From the NCBI GenBank assembly GCA_020137815.1, contig CM035353.1, forward strand, positions 3,596,001-3,660,000: a stretch of DNA of 64,000 nt, in the 5' to 3' direction. The notes under the pieces were generated by a model. The model was not told where the DNA came from and did not search any database. It saw only the letters and a list, made by a program, of their open reading frames with translations. Positions within the stretch are counted from its first letter, which is position 1. Every line of letters begins with the position of its first letter. Origin of the DNA: Hormiphora californensis. Its lineage: Eukaryota; Animalia; Ctenophora. Of this stretch, positions 55,945 through 64,000 are shown in pieces. The position numbers and the translations under genes were made by a program.

Positions 55945-57180
55945 TATTTATCGACTTATTTACGCGGGAACCCCAAACAGTGCGAAAAACGGGAGTTCCA
56001 AAAGCGATCCCCGGCGGAGTGCGGCGATACCCATAGAAATAGGGGGAACTTACCCACGAAATCAAAATAAATTAAAGTTTAAGGGGTTTGCAAAGTTTGT
56101 AAAGAAGTTTTGGGGAAGTGGGAAAGTTTAGGGGGGGTGTGAAGTTTCCTTGGTAGTGGTTCAAAAAGGGAAAGTTCCGGGAAAGTGTTAAATGGGAACT
56201 GGTAATAAGTGGGGGAGGTAAGTTTTTAAGAAAGGGGGTACATGGAAAGTTTAAATTGGTGACAATGGAAAGTTTCAAAGGTTTTAAAGGGTCAAAAAGT
56301 TTAAGATAGTACAAGTGGGAAAGTTTTTAGAAAAGGGGCCAAAAAAAATGGGAACTTCCTTGATTAGTGGATAAAGTGGGAAAGGTTGGAAAAGGTTGGG
56401 AGGTCAAGTGGGGTTTTAAGGGTTAGGGTTTTAAAGGGGAAATTTCTTAATGGGGGTCAAGTTGGGCAAAGTTTTAAGCTGGAAAAGTCTTCCAAAAATT
56501 AAACCTCCCTTTGTAAAAGTTCGTTTTGTGGGGTTTGGGCCGGGGTTTCGGGTTTTTGGTAAAATTTTCTAACAAATTTTAAATTTCCCCCCAAAAATGG
56601 GGGGGTTAACACCCAAAAGGAAATGGCCCCTTAAAACTTTCCAAAGGGTTTTGGGTTTGGGGCCACCTATTTTGTAAATTTCCAAAACCCCCAAATTTAA
56701 AAAATGCCAGTATGTTACATGTCCTTTCATTGAAAAATTTTTTTACAAAAAGTTTTAAAAATTTTCTAAGTACCCAAACCCAATTTTAAAAAGTTTATCT
56801 TCTTTTTTTAACGGCCCGGGAACAAAATATTTTTCCACTGAAGGGCCTTAATGTGAAAAAATTGAATTTAAAAATAACCCCGGGATTTGGAAACACCAGA
56901 ACCGAGAAACAGTAAAAACCCCAAAAAAATATGATTTGTAAAGGCTTTATCAACCTAGGGACGTTTTCGTCGGGTTTTCCTTGCAATCTTCTAATTGACG
57001 GTTAATTTCCCAACGTGGTCCCCCCGAACTCAATTTGCGGATTTGGGGACCTGGGATAATATTTTTTAATCGTTAATTACAAGCCAAAGATTTCCACCCA
57101 AAAAAACCTAACGGGGAAAACCAAAAATGTTCAAAAAAATTTTCAAAAAAAAATTTTCAAAAAATTTTTGGGGGAAATTT
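55945..57180. other. Low-quality segment joining the two lectin copies
   Basis: Homopolymer inflation; degraded satellite. Confidence 0.75.
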
Positions 57181-57774
57181 ATCCTGCCGTTAAATCGGGG
57201 TGCCGCTAAATCGGGGGCCGTTAAATCGGGGTCCGACTGTATTTATTTGGCGAAAACGTTCTAAAATTACATTACACTCATTCTTCCAAAAAATAATTGA
57301 GCACATTCCGATCTCACATAGAGCACGTTTTAACTGTATCATATAGACCACAGTCTAACTGTTAGGGCACTGGCAGGCGATGTAACGTTCCCGAATAACG
57401 AAGGAATCGTCGAAAGTTCCCCACTTTGAAAATTGTAGAACATCCTGCTCGTAGCCTTTAATATATTTCGCATTGTCGGGTTGCGGATGCTCCCAGGCGA
57501 TCCCAGCAAAATCCAAGACCTGAAAACGAAGAGGTTGTGATTGCCAAATTGGTGATATGATATTTGCACTATATCTACAAATATATAATTTGTACTGTCT
57601 AATGCACACCTAGTATTGGATATATTAAATTACTTGTACACTTACCTCCGTACCGTCTGGCCAAACATAAATCCCCTCGTCCGTTATATCATTTCCTCCC
57701 GTCCACACCCAGTTGTGATAATCGTACTGGTCATCGTTCCTGTGATGAGGTGGAAGGTGCCGGGGTCCGATAGC

Positions 57775-57975
57775 AATTTATTACCATGGTAACAGCTGTA
57801 CAATGTGTTACCATGGTAACAAGTGTACAGTATGTTACCATGGTAACAAATGTACAGCGTGTTACCATGGTAACAGCTGTACAATGTGTTACCATGGTAA
57901 CAAGTGTACAATGTGTTACCATGGTAACAGCATAAACAATGTGTTACCATGGTAACAGCATAAACAATGTGTTAC
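57775..57975. repeat. 27-bp minisatellite built on the palindrome TGTTACCATGGTAACA; also at 55250-55465
   Basis: Fills most of a lectin-gene intron and starts at its GTAACA donor. Confidence 0.85.
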
Positions 57976-60450
57976 CTTGCTCCTAGAATTAAGTCGATCA
58001 AAAATACCAACTCGTCAACATCATCTTGATCCTTCACCTGTGTAAAATGATGGTGACTGGCAGTAGTGGTAGAGGTCGAGAGATGCGCTAGATTATTGAT
58101 TATGCAACCTGACAACCATGAATATTGTACATTACCATGGCAAGCGTCAATCCAGCTTGTTCGCAAGCCGCCTTCGCATCCGGCCAAGTCATTCTTGCTG
58201 GAGATACAACGTATTTCCCTTTGTAGTCACACGCGTACGGGTGTGTCTGTGGGGTCAGCTCGGTTATATCTAGGCCAAACAGGGTAAATATCATATCAAA
58301 TCTTGCCTGGCTAGACTGTGTTTCGGGCGCCCCGCACAAATGTAAAGGGAGGGTTAGAACATAACAAATCAAATCATGGTAATATAGGACACCACCCAAT
58401 ACCTTATCAACAAAAGTATCGTTCCAATTTCCGTCGTGGTTGATGGCCACGTGATTTTGATTATGATCCGGTTCCCCGTCTATCCATTTCTCATAGGATG
58501 CAGTGACCTGTGACATTGCTGCCACTAGCCCATTCCCAGTCCTGTGTTGTGGGAGGTATTTTTCACCGAGAAAGTTTTACAAAAGTTACATCATAACAAT
58601 ATTATAGCATGGTTATATCTTTTGGCTTTTTTATTTTATACGACACAGCGGGATACATAATGACATATATGTTCCAACGTTATGACTTTCTCGTGACATA
58701 TATATGATCTAACATTATGTAATACACAGCAGCTGGAGTTGAATACTTACCATGAACCGACCGAAACAAGTAAACAACCAATCAGAACTCGTTATTTAGG
58801 TCACGTGACTGGTTATCAGCCAATCAGGGACCAGTATTTCCTGGTTCGGTCGGTTCCTGATACTTACATTAACATCGTACGGATAAGTTCCTCCATCGTT
58901 GTTTTTTACCCTTGTTAACCCACTCCACAGCCACTGGTCATTTGCAGACCTGTAATTGATTATAATAATAATTAATCGATAATTAATTAACTAAGCCCCA
59001 AAGAACTGCCAGCCTCCCAACATATAATACCCCCCACACCAACTCTGTTAAAACGGTAAATGTTAGGGCGTTCTGGTAGACACATTTTGGTAAACCCAAC
59101 CCCTCCCCAGTCCCCCACAGTCCAAATATTCCTACATGGGGTTGGGGTAAGCAGCAGTCAGTAGCAACGTGACGTCATGTTCCATCAAATCGTCGTTAAC
59201 AGTAACCAGATTACCAGTAGTCAGCATATCAGTATTTCTTTGTGCTAAAATTGAGAGATACATTTTTTTCCCCGCAACAACTGTAAGTTTGATAGGCCTG
59301 CACTTTTTACAAACTTGATTAGAACACAGGGCGTTCTACCGGTTTGCCCACCAGTGGTGGGCAAACAAGTCAGTACACAGAATGGTACTTTAAAGCAGAC
59401 CGTTATGCCCATCGACCAAATTTCAGGACATTGCGGTATAGTGGTGGTGGGCATAACGCTAGCAGGCCGTTTATATGCCCAAGTGTAACCTTCTATTATA
59501 ATTACCGGTTTCAGCAATGTTTCTGTAACAGCTCATCTCCATACTAAACATCCCTACTTCAGGCACTATGTTCCACCCTGTTGCATGTTTCAAGTGACAC
59601 CCGGGGTGAGCAGAATCAGCTTCAGAGCCCACCTACAGCGAGAAATATGAGGTAGAAGAGGTAGAAGAGGGAGGTAGGGGGGTATACGATGGAGGTAGGG
59701 GGTAGGGAGGTAGACGAGTTAGGGGGTAGGGGGTAGGGAGGTAGACGATGGAGGTGTGGCACTAACTGCGGAACTGAATTGGTAATCATCAGGAACCGAC
59801 CGAAACAAGTAAACAACCAATCAGAACTCCTTATTTAGGTCACGTGACTGGTTATCAGCCAATCCGGGACCAGTATTTCAGTCGGTTCCTGGTAATCATG
59901 GTAACGGACTCACCCAGGTGAATGCTTGGCATAAAGATGGAATGGAGAGACAGGCGTTCAAACAACTATCCTGAGTGTCGTAGATGGTCATGTCCCTGTA
60001 GTTAATCCCGGCCACATCCTCTCCCAAATCACCATGAAGGAAGTCTGTGTTTTTCACCCAACAGTCAGAATCTTGCCAATCTATAGAAGAGTGGTAATTT
60101 GGATGATAATAATAATTTGGATAATAATCATCCTTACACATTATGATATCTTACATCACCAGGAACCGACCGAACCAAGAAATACTGGTCCCTGATTGGC
60201 TGATAATCAGTCACGTGACCTAAATAACGAGTTCTGATTGGTTGTTTACTTGTTTCGGTCGGTTCCTGCTTATATCACATTCTTACCGAAAGCAAAGGTG
60301 GTGCATCTTTCAGCAGCAGTCTCAAAAGTCACCTGTCCCTGGGAGTGGGAGGGTATGTTTTAGTTTAAATCATGTAGTAAATTCACTATAGAATAGCAAT
60401 TAGATCAGGATTTGAATTCGAAACCTATAGGTCCGTCAGCTAGTGGAGTA

Positions 60451-60526
60451 CTTGGTGACATAGACACCGTGCGCGACCAAGATTGAGCGGGGGTCGCGCC
60501 ATGGCAGGTGTCTATATGTCACCAAG
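60451..60526. mobile_element. ~76-bp MITE (TIR CTTGGTGACATA..GACACC)
   Basis: Flanked by the direct repeat TGGAGTA. Confidence 0.6.
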
Positions 60527-60597
60527 TGGAGTACTTACATTGAAAAGAATGACATTGCATGTTGCGTAAGTGCCATGTGAGAATGTCCCCGCATTAA

Positions 60598-61900
60598 GGG
60601 TACACCTGGCGTTTTTCATCATCGAGTGCCCAACCAAATGACTTCACCAGGGTTTAGGCCATACAAAATGGACCTCAAATATGCAATTTTAGCCCTAAAG
60701 TCGAATTCATATTTTTGCTACAGCCTATTTTCAAAGTGGCGTTTTTTCAATTTTTGTTGAAATTTTTAACCTCAGGACCACTTTTTTTGAGATAGAAACA
60801 TTAAATTCTTGGAATTTGAAGAGAATATAAAGGTGAATAAGCCCAAAGAAGGATTTTTGAAATGGAGCTTATTTCTGGCCATGAGAACGGTTTACTTTTT
60901 TGCTTCTTTGACACGCTGGCTGAGAATGTTCCCATGCTTCATTAGAGATGAAAATCTGGAAATAGTTGCTCAAAACGATTATCTATGTGGCCCAAAAATT
61001 TTGGAACTTTCCCGCCAAAGATGTGGTGTACAGAGCTTTTTTTGTGAAACCTGTCTTTTTGAAAAAGAGGGAAATTCCCTGTATCTCAAAAACGGATGAT
61101 CGTAGAGACCTGGGACCAAGCTTAATCGATTCAGAAGGTCCGATTTTGGGGGGGTCTTCTGAGAGACATTTTGCTCCTACTCCAACCGTTTTTGCTGTAA
61201 TTGCGAAAAAGGTATCAGCAAGTAAGGGGGAAATCAGCCCGAAGCAGGCTACTGGAATAGAGTTGTTTCCCCTTTTCATAGAATTAGTTTTTTGCAATTA
61301 CAGCAAAATCGGTTGGAGTAGGAGCAAAATGTCTCTCAGAAGACCCCCCCAAAATCGGACCTTCTGAATCGATTAAGCTTGGTCCCAGGTCTCTATGATC
61401 ATCCGTTTTTGAGATACAGGGAATTTCCCTCTTTTTCAAAAAGACAGGTTTCACAAAAAAAGCTCTGTACACCACATCTTTGGCGGGAAAGTTCCAAAAT
61501 TTTTGGGCCACATAGATAATCGTTTTGAGCAACTATTTCCAGATTTTCATCTCTAATGAAGCATGGGAACATTCTCAGCCAGCGTGTCAAAGAAGCAAAA
61601 AAGTAAACCGTTCTCATGGCCAGAAATAAGCTCCATTTCAAAAATCCTTCTTTGGGCTTATTCACCTTTATATTCTCTTCAAATTCCAAGAATTTAATGT
61701 TTCTATCTCAAAAAAAGTGGTCCTGAGGTTAAAAATTTCAACAAAAATTGAAAAAACGCCACTTTGAAAATAGGCTGTAGCAAAAATATGAATTCGACTT
61801 TAGGGCTAAAATTGCATATTTGAGGTCCATTTTGTATGGCCTAAACCCTGGTGAAGTCATTTGGTTGGGCACTCGATGATGAAAAACGCCAGGTGTACCC
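60598..61900. mobile_element. 1303-bp palindromic MITE with TTAA TSD and GG termini (Kolobok-like)
   Basis: TTAA|GGGTACACCTGGCG...CGCCAGGTGTACCC|TTAA; ~610-bp almost perfect inverted arms. Confidence 0.9.
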
Positions 61901-63159
61901 TTAATGAGCGTATCAACTCCCGTTAGTTGGCTCTGCGTGTCTTGGCCTTGGACAGAGGCGGTGCTGAGGAGAGCAGCAATAAGAAATAACATGTTTCAAG
62001 TGAATATTGAAACTACTGAAATCTCGGGATTTTTATAGTATAATCTCTCATAGAGATGCGTCGCACTGCTGCAGCGATATATCACGTGATATAGTATTAC
62101 GATGTCACGTGACATTGCTGGAGGGCGACACCCCTCCATGAGGGATAATATCAATTGATACTGATTATCCATTGGATATTGGAGGGCTTATATTGGGGAG
62201 GGTGAGAGGGATATGAGTTATTGATGAAAACTGAAAAGGGAATCTATGGATGGAGTGGTGAGAGGGGTGTGGAGTAGGTGGAGTAGGTGGAGTAGGGGTT
62301 GCTCTTCTTCCAAATATTATTTTGTATAGTATTCATATAATATGATGTTCAACTATGAGATTTTGAAGTTTAAGCCAAAAAAACATCCAGCCGTTTTGCT
62401 CCAAAAACGGTTTTGTAAAACGTGGAAAATTGTAAAAATATTGTAAAAATTTGTGGTAAATACTATTACTATACTTTGCTGTTCTATGGGGATGTCCTTT
62501 TGGCCAATTTACGATGTTAGCACCAGACCTCCAGCATCAAACGGTCTGGACTCTGGCGACATCTACTTACTTTTATATGTGTGTGTCACACGGTCGAGAT
62601 CTCAACGCGCGTGACCAACTTCAGTGTGTCTCCTCCAAATCAAAATACGTCTGGCAGTGCCGTGCAGGTATACAATATACATTGTACAATGTACATACCC
62701 CAACGGGACAAGTACCCGGACTTTTTGTAAGTTGCTATGTATACTTTGCTATTCTGCACGGCTCTTCACACGTCTTTTGATACAAACTTACCCGAGTACT
62801 TGTGGTTAACATACCAGGGTACTTTTTTGTAAGTTGGTCGCTAATATAAGTGTGTGTCACACGGTTGAGATGTCAACACACGCAAGTAAAGTCGTACCCC
62901 GATTTACCGTAACCCCGATTTACCGGGCACAACCTTTTCCCCCGAGCATCCAGGTAAATTAAATCGGTGTCCAACTGTAAATATACTAAATACGGGGGGG
63001 GGGGGGGGGATTTGGTTACGAAGTCACCCCATTTACTGCATAGATATATTAACGGGTAATTTCATTACCAAGGGGGGGGGGGGTGATATGCACCAAGCAC
63101 AAGGTACATTATTCAGTGAGGCCAAATTCATCCAACTAACATAGAATATTGTTACTTAA

Positions 63160-63587
63160 CCCTTTGAGACCGATAGGGTCACCATTGACCCCACGCTAAT
63201 TATGTATCTAGCGTCTGTCCGAACTAAATCTAAGAAGTTTAAATGGTTTTCCGGGTTAGAATAGACACTTTTTGGCTGTTTTTGGGGTCATTTTAAGCTT
63301 TGAACATCTTAGTTTACTAGAAATGCCAAGTCTAAGCCATAAAAGTTGAAATTTTGGTGTAAAGTTGGCCATATCTCTAAAACGGTATAAGTAAGCCAAT
63401 AATGGACCTACAAATCAAAAGAAAACCATAGGTTTTACCCCGGTATGAAGTTTCGTGATGATTTGATCAAATTTACAACGCTCGTAGAGACGAGTTTTTT
63501 GGTTCTGCTTTCAAGTAGGCTTGTTAGGAGTGTCTCCAGCAATTTTCAGATATTTCTGTCGATGGCGCCACTATCGGTCCCAAAGGG
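63160..63587. mobile_element. 428-bp piggyBac-type MITE
   Basis: TTAA|CCCTTTG(A/G)GACCGATAG...CTATCGGTCCCAAAGGG|TTAA. Confidence 0.85.
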
Positions 63588-63600
63588 TTAATATAAATTA

Positions 63601-63955
63601 GGAGCCGGCGATATATATCGATATCGAATATTCGATGGAATATTCGATGGAATTCGAATGGAATATCGATATTTCGATTCGATAATATCGAATCGATATC
63701 GAATCGAGCCATTTTTCCCCGAAATATCGAATCGAAAATTTTCGATATCAAAATATCGATATCGATATCGAATCGAAAATTTTCGATATTGAAATATCGA
63801 ATCGATATCGAATCGAATTTTTTTTGATATCAAAATATCGAATCGATATCGAATCGAAATTTTTTCTATAACAAAATATCGAATCGATATCGAATCGAAA
63901 ATTTTTCGATAACAAAATATCGAATCGATATCGAATCGAAAATTTTTGATCGGCA
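63601..63955. repeat. ATCGAT/ATCGAA-rich tandem repeat, probably the subterminal region of a DNA element
   Basis: Repeated AAAATATCGAATCGATATCGAATCGAAA units. Confidence 0.75.
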
Positions 63956-64000
63956 AAAAAATATCTTGTTTTGTACAAACTCTTTTATTTTATTTTATAA

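Larger units (their letters stand above)
57355..61992 (-). pseudogene. Secreted tandem C-type lectin protein with an embedded PAN/apple domain; this allele is disrupted. Exons: 61992-60539 (split by a MITE), 60338-60287, 60080-59914, 59632-59506, 59244-59136, 58949-58868, 58541-58403, ~58246-58136, ~58037-57976, ~57739-57646, ~57519-57355.
   Basis: Signal peptide MLFLIAALLSTASVQG. CTLD motifs VTFETAAERC, GNLVTV, WSGL, WIDGEPD..WND, MTWPDAKAAC, WTGGND, QPD. PAN motif CLNAC..CQAFTW..CHLK. Lesions: a 1.3-kb insert in exon 1 and a 7-bp frameshift at ~58505. Confidence 0.75.

Noticed and set aside
60809-61689. Mirror-image ORF pairs (also 50985/51410 and 27989/29290) as genes
   Set aside because: They arise from palindromic MITE arms or the tandem duplication and show no recognisable protein motifs.
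60598-61900. Introner-like self-removing insertion
   Set aside because: The terminal GT/AG pair would leave 14 nt and shift the frame, and the gene has a second frameshift.
63524-63978. ORFs with repeated FDIDSIF/SIRYR
   Set aside because: Translation of an ATCGAT-rich tandem repeat.

Overview
Animal genomic DNA, intron-rich and dense in transposons. It is most likely a cydippid ctenophore (Pleurobrachia/Hormiphora-like). This is inferred from a 42-nt match, recalled from memory, to the ctenophore spliced-leader (SL) exon at 6201-6242. Genes on the + strand: multi-exon BHMT (2267 to ~13 kb), intronless DEAH helicase (DHX33-like), 15-exon acetyl-CoA transporter SLC33A1, and PACSIN/syndapin. 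Genes on the - strand: a small secreted prohormone-like protein (15.7-17.7 kb), a GPI-anchored Ly6/three-finger gene nested in an SLC33A1 intron, and a secreted C-type lectin/PAN(/sushi) gene that is disrupted and partly duplicated. The most striking region is BHMT intron 4, which holds two elements. (i) An ~843-bp tandem element with a 460-bp period, flanked by a target-site duplication (TSD), carrying two minimal type-I hammerhead ribozymes; it looks like a non-LTR retrozyme that could make a circRNA. (ii) A full-length but decayed L2/CR1-group LINE whose 5' end is exactly the SL exon, so it appears to have been copied from a trans-spliced RNA; it also has an in-frame A-AAA-AAC slippery site at the ORF1/ORF2 overlap. 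The window has many MITE families (TA, TTAA and 8-bp TSD types), several kb-scale palindromes, and minisatellites that amplify splice junctions. Several blocks (about 12.95-15.4, 18.5-20.4, 38.0-39.7, 40.8-42.9 and 55.95-57.2 kb) are homopolymer-inflated low-quality sequence and cannot be read reliably. All calls were made by eye, with no database searches.
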